Assembly: GCA_039621445.1 (NCBI GenBank)
Contig: CP154954.1
Coordinates: forward strand, 44,495,847 to 44,559,846
DNA from: Euglena gracilis
Taxonomy: Eukaryota
Direction of reading: 5' to 3'
DNA: 64,000 nt
Shown: positions 24,042 through 37,000 of the stretch, piece after piece
Layout: each line of letters starts with the position of its first letter
Numbering within the stretch: position 1 is the stretch's first letter
Notes under the pieces: model-generated
Seen by the model: only the letters and a program-made list of their open reading frames with translations
Told to the model about the DNA's origin: nothing
Databases searched by the model: none
Position numbers and translations under genes: made by a program

Positions 24042-25543
24042 CTGGGAGGGGAGGGCGGGAGGCCCTGGGGGGGGCAAAGGTGGAGGCGACAGCGGCGCAG
24101 AGGGGGCCCATCAGTTCACAGACGCAGGCGCGACGCAGAGGGTTGCTGGGGCGTGTGAAAGAGGTGTGGTGTCTGGGATTTTTTTCAGAAGCCTCAGCAG
24201 CCAGCGAGGCTCTGAGAAGCTCTCTTTGAAAAGCCATGTTGAGTAGGACTGGCCATCCAAGCAACAGAATAACTGTACTGCAAAATCATCACATACACAT
24301 ATGTACACATATGGCACAAAGTACTGCCCATACAAATACGTTGCCCATTTGAACAACATTGTGTATTAAACATGCATTGGCACACATTCTGACATTGCCT
24401 CAACGATATAATACACATCTGGATAATTGATGTGATACACTGGATACACAACCAGATAGCTAAAAGAAATCTCATAATCTGAGATCATACCAAAAAAATT
24501 TATGCGATAAAAATGTTTTCATGTGGAATATAAATGTGAAAGGAGGAGGAGGGAAGGGATCATCAAACTAAGCAGCCGCATCTGGCATTCCATCTGGGAT
24601 TGAAAAGGACGGATAAGAAGTCGACATCTGGACGGTTGCCTGCAGCTTGGTCGCAACGACACAAAAAAAAGAAAAGGCTGGCGGCTGAGTTTGCAGTTGG
24701 CGCTGGCTCAATAGCCAAACCATGAGGCACCGGCGGGGACAGAGGAGACTCGTTGAGCCGAGCGGGTGTGGCCAGGCAATAACAGCGATGGCGATGTCCT
24801 ATAGAGCTGGGTGTATGGACACCTGCCAAAGCGCAACGGCGTCGCATTTCACCTTAGGTGAAGTGCGCATGGATTGGAAAGCATCGAGTGTTGCACCGAA
24901 CCAGAATTAAATAAAACTTAACATGTGCTGGGGGATTTCTCAAAGCCTCCAGAACATGGCATTCATGCTGAAAACAAACAAAACAGAACGCCTACGAAGA
25001 GGCAATTGCATGGACACAGCCATCCAGGTCCCAAAAGTCAAAAATCAAAGTGGTTCTTGGAGGTATTTCCTTAATGTCCTAAACTGGTGCGCAGTGCTAA
25101 AAATCCATTCTCGCAACCATCCTTTGTGATTAGGGGGGCTGCTGCCTTGGGACTGCTATCATTAGTTTCAAAGAACCAGTCGACGTTGACAATAACTTTT
25201 CAGAGGGGGAACACCAATCTCTGCCAGTCGCATTACATTGTGCTCTCGGCCAAAGAGCTGGGAAGTGTGAACCGCATCCTGGGCCAGCCAGTAAAACCCA
25301 CCGACCACGTTCAAACCTCTTGGTGCATACCCATGAACCACCAACAGGCATAACGGTCTGGTGTGTGCGGTGTGCTTCGACAGGGGAGCGACACACGACG
25401 ACACCCTCAGAGAGGGGACGGGGTGCGGGAGGGAGGGGGGAGGAGGTCGCCTGCCGGTCACTATCCGGTTCGCCCCGGCCGTCGCCGGGGAATAAGTGCG
25501 CATCAGTCAAGGGCCCACTTCCACGCCCGGGCGGGCAGCTTGA

Positions 25544-25921
25544 TCATGCCCACGCCACCGCCGCTCTCCGCTCCACACCGCTCCGGTTCGGGACGGATCC
25601 CTCAAAGCAGCGGATGTACCTGAAGTCGGTGGTGCTGTCCATCTGTCGATAGCAAACGGGAGGGCTGTGTGAAGGCTGGGGGGGGGGGGTCGACCCTGGG
25701 GGGGCACAAGAACTGTTGCAGGCAAAGGATCTGGGGGGGGTCAGGAGGACGGCGGTGGGTGTGGACGACCTTCTTGGGGAGGGCCGTGCAGCAGCCACAG
25801 CAGGTGAGGCAGGGGCTCAACTTGAGGGGCAGCAGCAGCACCCACACGATGCAGCCCAGCAACGCGATGACGAGCAGCACCGGGAAGAAGAGGATGACGT
25901 TGATCACCTTCAGCGCCTTCA
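25544..25921 (-). CDS. Small Cys-rich membrane protein, partial (exons 25770-25921 and 25642-~25544)
   Basis: KALKVINVILFFPVLLVIALLGCIVWVLLLPLKLSPCLTCCGCCTALPKK|MDSTTDF; very high GC3; conventional GT-AG intron 25643-25769. First exon not located, last exon end uncertain. Confidence 0.65.
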
Positions 25922-26042
25922 CTGTGGGGGCAGGGAAGGCTGAGTGTTGCGATACAGGGCCAGAGGCTGTTTTGGGACAGGGGTCCCAGAAAGGAATCCA
26001 CCGTACAATGGTCAAATGGGGCTAAAATCTGAATTAGAAAAT

Positions 26043-27267
26043 CAGGGGCAGGGAGATATTGTGGTCGGCCGAAAATTTTATTCCGGGGTTTTATTCCAGT
26101 TTATTCCGGGTTATTCCGATTTATTCCGGAATTTATTCTGTTTTTTTCTGGTCAATTTCTGTCTGAGCGGACTTGGGATTTTTTGAAGTACAATTGGGCC
26201 GAGGCTCACCCAGGCTTCAGGATAGGCACTCCTTTGTTGGAAAGTCAAATGGTCACTTTGCACTTGGTGATGCTGGTCTGCACACCACAACAGACCACTG
26301 CCTTTTCAGGAAACATCAGCTGATAAAGATTGGTGCTCAGGGTTTTCTCTTGAGACAGGTCCCAGCCTCCGCTTTCTTGTTCTCCTGCTTCTTCCCAAAA
26401 ATTGTCCTGCCGAGTGCTAATTGCTTCTTCCAACGTGCGGGAAACTAAATGAAACCTCAACACCACAACGACTTGTATCAACTTTGAAAGTTGAAAAAAA
26501 GAAAAGAAAAGATAAGTTGAGCTGCATCAACTTTGGCAACTTTGGCTTCTGCCAAACAGAAAGGTGTGAAAGCTTCTGTGAGCCGAGTTTGATCGATGCC
26601 TCTCCTCAGTTGATTTTCTCAAAATCAATTCTCTTTTCCTACTTTGACAGTATTCTATACTTCCGAACTCTAGTTGGCCGATTGGGTAATCTGCAGTCCA
26701 ATTGGGTAAAACAACTCCAAATAGAAGCACGGATGCGCTTCTATTTGGACTCCACCTACGCGATTTTTGTTGATTTCCTTTAGAAATCCCATCAAAATGG
26801 GGGGGTGTGCTTGCGCCTGATCCACTTTGGTCAAACCGGCCAAATTCCCCATGAACAAAATCCTATGCAGATTAGTTGGTGGTCATGAAAATTTGTTGTG
26901 TGTGCACATTTCAGGTGTGAAATTTCCCCTCACTTTTCACCTGCACTTCCGCCCCGCAAAAAGCACACCACATATTGTCAGATTTTTCACGAACACAAAA
27001 CACTCCCTTGGGAAAATCCTGAATGCGACTGCAATTGCATTTTCACATTTCGCCTCATTCACCACGCCTTCGGAAGATCTTGCCATCTTCATTGGTCCAC
27101 TCTCTTTATCCGATCCACCTGATATGAGACTGACTGAGGAAAACATGCAAACACATCAAACTTCAGCTTCATGTTTTGCAGAATTTTCATGCCACTGGCT
27201 GGCACTTTAATTCCGGTTATTCCGGCTTATTCCGGTTTATTCCGGACCGGAATATCTCCCTGCCCTG
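26043..27267. mobile_element. hAT-like non-autonomous element, 1225 bp
   Basis: TIR CAGGG(G)CAGGGAGATATT; flanks TAGAAAAT / CAGAAAAT (7/8); subterminal TTATTCCGG repeats at both ends. Confidence 0.8.
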
Positions 27268-28730
27268 CAGAAAATGGACATTTTTATTTTTTTCAATCCT
27301 TTGCCCCCCACGGGAAAGGGTTTTCTCAAGGACCCCCAGGGAGAGTCACTCGGGCCGGCTGGAATAAGGTGCTGGCAGGACCCCCAGGGTGGGTGTTGGG
27401 GGGGGGGGGGTCCTGCCAGCTGGGAGCTGGCTGGACCCGGCGGGTACCCCCAAAAAAAATTCCCGAAAAAGACCAAGTCCAGTTGGGCTGTCATTTTTAG
27501 CCAACGTTGGAGGTGAAACCCCAAATCCACCCAAACAGGCCATTTTTTAAAAAAAAAATTACGTGGTAAAATTTTTCGAAGCCGGACAGGACCGAACTTT
27601 ACTTCAGCAGACCCCCTGTGTGATAAATTTGTCGTTCACAAATGGCAGTCGAGGCAATGGAAGGATGTGATGAGGTAACAAAGCAACGCATCGAGGAAGG
27701 GCGACATACCACAACCACCCATTGCCGGCTTCAAATAGAGTGCATCTTGCTTTTCCACAGCATGTGAAGGGTCGGCCTGATAGAGTGGCATGAAAAACAT
27801 GGGGTTGGCATACCAAAATGCATTCCTGTCAGGGGCCCCAGGCAGCCGCAGAAGAAAAATGCTCGTTGGAGAGTCATCCCCTCATGGGGGTAGAGGCACA
27901 GGCCACCTGGTCTGGCATGGACCCCAAACCGAGCAATACCAGCTCTCTGAGTGCGTTTGTTCCAGCCAAGGTATAAATTGAGTCAGCCTCCCACAAAAGA
28001 TCCTTGAAACCGAAAAATTTTGTCATGTTGACACCTTTCTGGGTTGCAAACCAGATTTGGGGTCGAGGGGGTGAGCTTGCACAAAAGGTTCTGGTTATGG
28101 ATCTCAGATGGAGGGGAGGTTGCTGGGCTTGTGTCAGGGATTTGGGCTGGCTGGAAACTTGGGGTAGCTTGCCCTCCTCCGGGGGGGGGGGGGATTCCTG
28201 AACAGGGGATCAAAACCCATATTGGACTAAATTCAAAAAAGGCAAACAAAAATGTATGTGGTGTCAAAATAGTTTACAGCTAACGGGATAAACGTTGGCC
28301 ACCCGACCTGAGAAGCAGGGCCACTGGCCCTAGAACGATGGCCACTGGCCCTAGAACGATGGCCACTGGACCGAAAACTGCGGCCACGGAACCAAAAAAT
28401 AGTGCCCACGTGACCTAAAAATAGGGGCCCCTGGACCTAAAAACCATGGCCACTGGGACCTGAATGTGCGTCATTCACTAGAACTGAAAAAACTTCCAAC
28501 AATCGTCTGGAGAGATTGACCTTTATGCAATGCCATGGGTCAGGGAACACAAATGCAACAAACGTTCCAGAGCTGGTGCATGACGACGGTGCCCAGTTGA
28601 AGTGGTCAGAGGCATATGAGGGGGTCCGACAAACAACAACCTTGCAATCATGGGTGTGAAATCTTTCCCTGGCACACAATTAACAAAAAGTGCAAAGCAC
28701 ATGGTTGTAATGTTGTGAAAATAGCAACAC

Positions 28731-28831
28731 CATTCAAATATGTCATATGTCATATCGTCACCAGGATGATAAAAAAGAAGATTTTCTTTTTATCATCTTG
28801 GTGACGATATGACATACGACATATTTGAATG
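28731..28831. repeat. Near-perfect ~100-bp foldback
   Basis: CATTCAAATATGTCATATGTCATATCGTCACCAGGATGATAAAAA followed by its reverse complement with 2 mismatches. Confidence 0.85.
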
Positions 28832-30799
28832 TTAATTAATACAAAGAAACCTTGTCGGACCTACTGAAAGAGTCCTCCATTCATAAAAAAACTAAGAAAA
28901 ATGTTTGTAGTGACGTGTTGTGCCAGATTTTTTTAAAACTTGCCTTGCCGTCAAAAATAAATATCTGCTTTCTCTGCAACTTTCATCTTGCACCCATGCA
29001 CAGGTCCCGAGACAACTGGGTTCAACAAACGGACAGTGCCCGCCTCATTGAAAACAAATGTCTTCATTGAGGCGCCCACGACGCAAACCAAAATGCCTTC
29101 AAACAGGCATTGAGAAAAAAAAACCGAGGGAAGAGTGAAGAAAAGAAGCCGGGCAGCAGTGTGCCCGTCCTCACCCTAATCCTATTCCTGAAAAATAAGC
29201 ACGCCCTCCCCGAATCCGGCCCCGACGGCCCGATTTCGGCGCATTTCCCTGGTGCCGCTGGACTGAAAATTCGGAAAAGATGGGCGGCTGAAAAGAAAAA
29301 AACCAGGCGGCCCAGACGCCCTCCTTCCCCCAGGAGCACCCTATAGCCCCGGGGGGGGGGGGGGGTGTTCCACTGCAATGCACACACATGTGTGCACACA
29401 TGTGTGCATGCACACATGCACTCTATGGCCCTCTATGTGAAATTTTGACATGCGAACACAGGATCATTCAACGGGGGTGGTTCGGGTCACGGGGGGGTTA
29501 CGGGGGGGGGTCACGGGGGGGTCACGGGGAACACCACATTTTTGGTGACAAAATTAGGAATCACCGAGCGTGCATTTTGGGGGGGAAATTCCAGAAAATA
29601 GGAATCCGCACACCTGAAATTAGGATTTTGACACCAAATTAGGAATCACAAAGCCCAAATTTGAAAAATTTTTGCCTCAAAATTAGGAATCTGCATGAAA
29701 ATTTTATCAAATTAAGCATCCTCTGCCAAAAATTGTCCCCACAAATTTCGCCGAAAAGGGTCCTTGTTTGGGTCACGGGGGGGGGGGTCACGGGGGGGGT
29801 CACGGGGGGGTCACGGGGGGAACACCCCCAACATACAACACAACAAAAAAAAGGCCAACATTTTCAAGTTCCAGAAAAAGTGGCCAACATTTACAGGTCC
29901 AGTGGCACGTTCGGTGGCCAGAGTTTTGGGCTTGGTGGCCATCATTCTGGTCAATGAGGCAAACATTTTTTGGTAAGGTGGCCATCATTCTAGGCTACGT
30001 GGCCATCGTTTTCACGTGTTAGCTGTACCATTTTTTTAATCTCTGCCAAAACCGCATCCATTCTGGCACCAAAAAGGGCATAAAAATATTTCTAAAGAAC
30101 AAAGAGTTGGGGAAGTTTTTTCAATAATGGGCCAGCTTGCTAAGGCTAGCAGGATCCCCCCCCACTATCAGGAAAGGTGATGCTGTGGCTGACAGAAATT
30201 GGGGCTTGCCGCAGCCGCCGCTCCCCTCAGGGGTTTGAAATGTAAAAGAGATGTGAAAGGTTTGAAAGCTACAACCTAAAGTCCATTAGAAAGGGGTGTT
30301 ACCACAGCATGCCAAACACATTTTTTTTTGAGGAAACCGGTCGTGCTGAAACGACCTGATTGCATTTAGAAATGACTTCCTTTCAACAAAAAAAAAACAG
30401 GCCAAAAATGGCCCGAAGTCGGTCGTGAAATGGCAGAGAATATCGACTGGGCAAGCAGGTGGCCAAAACTGCTCACAAAGGAAAATAGGAGGCCATTTGG
30501 TATAACCGACATTGCTATTGCCATTGGCATAACCAAGGCGCGATTATTTGAGATTTTCACAGGTCACATCCAACACAACCTTGACCTCACATCCCTTCCA
30601 TCCTCTTGTTTTATGTTCAAAAAGGGAGAGATCCTTCCCTCCCAACTACGTCAGCGTCCAGACCCGAAATAATCAAAATAATGGATCGTCCCGCACGCTG
30701 CTCACAGTTGAAGTGCAGATCACAATGGCGTCATGCGCAAATGCGTCCCCCGAGGTTCGACCTCGCATCAACGTTTGCCAACAGTGGGGCCGCCCGTCA

Positions 30800-31024
30800 C
30801 TACACGCCGCGGGCGAACAGCACGCGGTGCAGCGCAGGCCGCAGCGCCAGCATCGCCGGCCGGCAGTGCTCCCGGATGTCATCGTCCACAAACAGGAGTG
30901 GCGCGCCCCCCGCGGCGTGGGCGGCGATGACCGCCGCCTTCTCCCCACCCTGCCGGCCACCCACGACGTGGATGGGCAGCGTGGCTGGCGCGCCGTGTGC
31001 CGTGAGGAACGCCTGCATGGAGTC
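30800..31024 (-). CDS. HAD gene last exon (motifs III and IV)
   Basis: DSMQAFL...EKAAVI...LLFVDDDIREH...RVLFARGV*. Confidence 0.85.
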   Translation of the reverse strand, partial: DSMQAFLTAHGAPATLPIHVVGGRQGGEKAAVIAAHAAGGAPLLFVDDDIREHCRPAMLALRPALHRVLFARGV

Positions 31025-34000
31025 GGGGCAGGTGGGGCCGGGGTCGGAGCGGGGGAGGTTTGGGTGGAAAGAGCCGGGGCCCTAGTTTGGAAGCCGAAAC
31101 AAACAGAAACATTTTGGCAAAGCCCACACCTTCTGTTGACCTTGGAAACTAAATTGCATGAAAATCGCCATTTGGCCATTGTTTTGGGCCTTTCGGGAAT
31201 TCTGCCCTTTGATGATACCCTGCGTTCCAAATGGCCAGTCACTCTTTGACAAGCTGGTAACATTGGAACACCTTCTCCGGCCAAGGACCGTCCTTCGGGC
31301 GCTTTTTCGTGCATGAAATACGTATTGCCAACCTTTTCTGTGCCTTTGAGTACATAGTGCACAATGAAACGTCATTCTTCAACAAAAAAAAAAAGAAGCA
31401 AAATGCAACTCCCCCAGTGAAATGAAGCGGATAGTACACGCGAAGCGAAAACAGATCGGCTTAAACACTGGGCGGCGTCGTGTTCGGCGAGGGACCCCCT
31501 GGGAGAGGTGCGGGTTCCGGGTCACGATGTGCACGTTGGGGTGGGCGCAGCAGAGCGCCACCAGCAGCGGGTCCACCGTGTGCTGCCCAGCGAGGGGGTC
31601 CCCGCCGGACGCGCGCAGGCCGGCTGGGCCTGGGCATTGGGGCAGCATTGGGCATGCCCGGGCATTGGGTGTGGGAGGCCGGTAGGGGGCGAACCTCAGA
31701 GCTCATGCCAATGGCAGCGGAGGCACCACTGAGGCAATGCACACTCCCACAACCTTGCGACCAACCACTTGACGGTTTGTGCACGGTGTGAGGGGATGTG
31801 TCCAATCGCCAGTCCAAGGGAAGACAATGAGCAGGGAGCAGGGTTCGATATAAGGAGGGGGGGGGGTGGTCCGGACCCCCCCCCCTGCGGGCCAGGAGGG
31901 GGGGGGGGGGGGGGGGGACACACCCCCCACCTAAACAGTGGCGCGGTCAGGGTGACCGATTTTCGGCCCGGCGCGAAGCGCCGGGCCGAAAAAATTTTGA
32001 CCCCCCAAAACGACCAAAAGTGCCATTTTGGGCACTTTTTGGGCAAAAATGTGCCAAAAATGCAAAAAAAATTTTGGCGCAAAGCGCCGGAGGAAAAAAT
32101 TGACCCTTTTTGGGGGGGTCCCGGGCACCCCCCGAGGGTCGGTCCAGACCCCCCTGGCAGGTGGGGGGGGGTGGTCCGGACCCCCCCCCTGCGGGCCAGG
32201 AGGGGGGGGGTGGGGGGGACACCCCCCCCACCTAAACCATGTACGCCCTCCTTATCGAACCCTGGGGGGGTCTCGGATACCCCCCGAGGGTCGGTCCGGA
32301 CCCCCTTGCAGGTGGGGGGGGGGGTGGTCCGGACCTCCCCTGCGGGCCAGGAGGGGGGGGGGGGGGGGGGGACACCCCCCCACCTAAACCATGTACGCCC
32401 TCCTTATATCAAACCTTAGCCGGGAGGTCCTTTTGCAAAGGAAATGTTCCACCTCAATGAAAAAAATCCAGGGAAAATGGCCAAGAAATGGTCGTCATAT
32501 TGCAAAAAAAAGTTCAACCTGGGGGGAAAATGATTTCTGGCATCCTTGGGCCAGTTTGTCCATCCACCCAAAACATAAAAAATTTTTTCACTTATTTCAG
32601 TTTCAACCTTCTGACCCTTGGGCCAGCTGAGATGGGTCGATGGTTGAGCATAGAGTTTTTTCCCATCCAAAAAGAAAAAAGTCCGCAGAAAGGCGGGTGA
32701 AAAAAGCCCAAAACCTTCGACTTTTGGCGCTTTAAGCCGAAAAACATTTGCAATTGCGACAAAAGTTTACCTAAAATGGCTGACTTTGGGTAGAGAATTC
32801 TTCAGCCCGGAGCTTTGCGCAACACCGAAAAATTGGCAAACCTTCCGAAAAGGTGTCCGCCGACCGGGGGTAGGGGTCATTGGACAAAGAGGACGTTGGA
32901 AGTGGGGGGGTGACGGCGGTTCTTAAGGGGTCCTTTACAAAAAAAAGAATCTGTTCCCTCAAGGACCACCCTGACAACGAGGCAGCCGCCTGGTCCGCGT
33001 GGAGGCAACCGTGCGATCGAAGTCCAGGAAGACGGCCCCTGGGTGAAGTTGCTCCACCAGCTCCATCCCGGGCAAGCCCGTGCAGCCCATCAGCCCTCCC
33101 CAGCGTCAGGCCGTGGGATTGAACCCTGGTGTGCCCGCCCTCCAGTGCCGGTGTCGGTGCCAGACGCTGCCGCTTTCCACGTGGTGGTGGGAGGGGCTTG
33201 GGCACCAGCTCGCCGTCCCCGCGCCACAGGGCGCAGGCCTCGCAGCTCCACAGGTCGCACACGAAACACTTGGCGGCGTGCGGGCAGAAGGCCTGGCGGT
33301 TGCAACTGCTGCGGAAGGGGCATCCCCTCCGGGGCCCGGCGCTGGCGTGGCCCTCTGAAGCAAACGCGAAGGGCACCGGCCTGAGACCAGTTTGCAATGT
33401 GTTTTGAGCGAGGATGCAGCAACAGCCTGACGGCGTGACTAGAAGAAAACGTTACGCAAGGACTGTGGCCAGATCACCTGGATGATGTTCATCACACATC
33501 ATTTCAGGAAGATACCTCTCACTATTAAGAAAGGTTGGTTTTTATTTAAAATGTGGTTGTTGAGTGGAAAACCAATCAAGCTGGAAGGAATGCCTTTGTA
33601 GCCGCTGGTGGTCACGTACTGCACCCTCACCTAAAATCAACACAGCCCAATGTTTGAGGAAGAAAAAAAAGGGGTTTTGACCGAGACCCGGTTGTCCCTC
33701 AGCTCGGGCGGTGGTCTCACACCGCAGGCACACGCCGCGGTTCACCCAAACCTTGTTGACGGGGCGGGCGCACACCGTGCACGGCGTGGAGCCGGAGAGG
33801 TGGCGCTGCGGCAGACATTGGTCGGGGGCACAGCCCTTTCCCAATTTGTGGTGCTACTTCTTTTGTGGTGACAGGGTTGATCAATTTTCGGTCCAGCTTG
33901 GAGCGCTAGGCCGAACATTAGCCAACGCGCCATTGTTCACAGCAGCTGTTCTGCCGCTCCATCAAAAAAGGATGGAAAGCGAGGGGCAGAGAAGCGCTGT

Positions 34001-37000
34001 GGGCACCGTGATCGCTGAAGGCGGCCACCATGTTGTCCCACAGCGGCGCCACCGCCCACCGCACCTCTGCCAACAGCTGCGGCAGCTGGAAGTCCTGCGG
34101 GAGGAAGTCCGCCGAGTGGTGCCGACCGAGGCCCGGCTGTCCGCTGGGATCCCCCCCCCCGTGTCGCAGCGCCCTGAACGTTCGTGTTGACAGGCGAGCA
34201 GTCATTGCTGGACTGTGAGGTCCAGTCGCACTCCCATCGTGGGGTTTTGATGCAGGCTCGAGGGATCTGCGTGCCTGGCGGCCCCCGGGGCTGGCGGGGC
34301 CGGGGTCGCCGATGCGAAATGTAGGGCGGTGCGGGCCTTGCCCCGGGGAGCGCAGCGGCCGCTGGATGACGGCCAGCCAGCGGAGCACTTCGCGGGTCAC
34401 GTCGGCGATGCCCTCCAGGGTGTGAAGGCAGCCACCCCGCTCGCACTGCTTAGCCAGTGCCTCGCCATCCAACACCATGCAACCCATCCGGTTAGGAGTA
34501 TCCACTGGGTTAGGTTGGTTGCACTTGGAGGGTCGTCCTCCCCTTGGACAAAAAGGAACTGGCTTCCGAATGTTTCACCCCCAACGTGCAATCAGAGACC
34601 GGGGCAAATGGGTTCCAAACAAAAGAAATACATAAAGCATGCGGTCAAGGACCGGGCAGGCTTCTATTTACCATTCCCGGGGCCAGGGGAGGGGAAGGGG
34701 GGTGTCTTGTGCTATGGGGTGCCCTCGGGGTCAGTTTTGGACCCCGGTGCCTGCCGATAGAGGTAAATTTCCCTTGAAAATAGCCATTTTCGGGCCCTGG
34801 TGCCTTGTCGGGGGTGTGCTATACCCACCCCCAAACCCTCCCCAACGGTGTCGAGAATGCCCCACTCCCTGCGTGCCCATAGTACCCCCCCAGGGGGGTG
34901 CGCACTTCTTTAGAAAGAAGCCTGGACCAGGCACCTCCAACCTGCGGTAAATGACCGTGGGTGGTCCTTCGAGAGCAAACCAAAAAAAAAACTGTTACCA
35001 TTGTCAACTGTTATTTCTTCCAAAGGAAATGAAAAGGTTCCTCTGCCCTGAAAAGACCCTAATCACCACACAGGACAGGGGTCCCCCCGAATGGAATATC
35101 AAACGCCAAAGACAAATGGCTGTGGCGACGGTTGTACGGGGGCGCTGGGCGGAGGTGCATGGCGTGGTGGATGCGGTCGCTCAGCACGCCCGGGGCCGGC
35201 TGGAACGCCCGCAGCGCGGAGAGGGCCGCCGGCAGCCGGGCCCCGACCCACTCCAGGCTGGCCTCCAGGCGGGCCACCAGGTCCACGATGCGGAGCACCT
35301 TTGGCGGCAGCGCCGGGCCCGGGGAACGCGCCGCACGGGACGCCTTGCTGACCCCGACTCTCGACTCATTGAGTAGGTCTCTGAACCCCCGGCCGAGCTG
35401 CCCCCCCCCCTGCGGAGGGGGGGTTGGGCCGAGCGGGTGCCCAGGGTCACCAGAATCAGTCATCTATTTTTTTTTAACCCCAGAATTGGCCCCCCAAAAG
35501 TGCCGCCCCCCCCCCCCCGGAGGACCCGCCCTAGGGGGTGGGTGGATAGGTCCGGACCCCCCTCCCCCGGGTCCTCAAAAAAAAAGGCCTCAAATCCCCT
35601 GCCTCAGGGGATCCCACCCCCACCCCCCACGAAAACTTAAAATCTTCTACGGGGGATGAATGAAAAAAAAACCGACACACAGCGAATGGCCTTCATTGCT
35701 ACACGCACTCTTTGCTTTCAAGCCGATGCGAAACACCAGCTGCAAACAGGCGTCCTTCGGCAAACGACTGGTTTTGTTTTGCTGCACAGGGAAGAGGAGG
35801 AAACCCTTGCGGTGAAATGCATCGCAAGTCCCGGAGATAATCCGATGAGGTATCCGGCGGGGATCCCCACAGCACGGTGCTGAGTGAGACCCCCCGGGCG
35901 ATGAAGACCTTCTCTGTGTAGGCAAGGATGTGGGCTGCCGGAAGGCGGAAGCCTGAGGACACCCACCCCGAAAGCTTCCCTGCCTTGGCGGGGCTTGGGC
36001 CGCGAAGGGGGCGAGGACGGCGGCGGTGGTGTTGGGGGGCGGGCACCCCCTTTGGCATTGTGAGGAGGAGGAGGAGGAGGAGGAGGAGGAGGAGGAGGAG
36101 GAGGAGGAGGAGGCTCCATCGAGCTGCAACAAAGGCGTATTGGATAAATGGGGAACCAAACAATGGGTCGGGCCATAGAACACCGGCCTGATGGTTGGGA
36201 TCATCGTCATCGCTATCATCCTCCTCCTGACAGACAAAAAAAAAAGGCGTTGAGATTGGCAACGAGGACAAAACCAAATCAAATACTGCAGATGACCCGA
36301 ATTGTTTTTAAAGCACTCTTCTTTGACACCAATTTCTGAAAACGCGCCATAACTTTACAGAGGTGCAGGCAGGAAAAAAAATTTTGGTGGGAAATCCCAC
36401 TGGGAACAATGCATTGTGCTTTGCTGTAGCCACTTTGATTCATGAGAATGGAGCGTCCACGGAGGTGTGATCCTGTGAGAGAATGATGGTCGGTGCCACA
36501 CCATTGTTGGCCCTGCCCAGTGAAGAGATGTTCGATTGTTGTGCCCCATAAACCGCGCAGTACAGACGCGCGCAAGTGCACACACAGAGAGACATCCACA
36601 CACAGACAAGCAAACCCAGAGGGTGCGCACACTGTGTTTGGATACCATCGAGACGTTGTGTTGGGCCCAAAAAGGGGCATCCTCTGATCAAGAACGGCGT
36701 GGTCGGAAGGGAGGTTGTGGCGACCGCACTGCTCTCGCCCGCATGGGCCCGAATCCACGCTTCCGCCCGCTCCAGGGCTCGCGCGACGCCCAGGCTGTGG
36801 GGCAAAGCCACGGTCTGGCTCGACAAAGGCAACGAAGACCGATCAAATGTGGGGCAACGGTCAGAGGGCCAGCCCTTGGGCAGGGCACGCAAGGGCTCGG
36901 GGACCGCTGGGTCTGCAGCAGCTGGAGGGGTGTGAGGAGAGCCAGGGACGCGATTTACCGGGGGGGGGGGGTATGTCGTTGTCCAGGACTGGTTAAAACA

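Noticed and set aside
35699-36277. Poly-Leu 'signal/TM' segment in the ORF
   Set aside because: It derives from the (CTC)n microsatellite, more likely intronic; only ~35815-36051 looks exonic.
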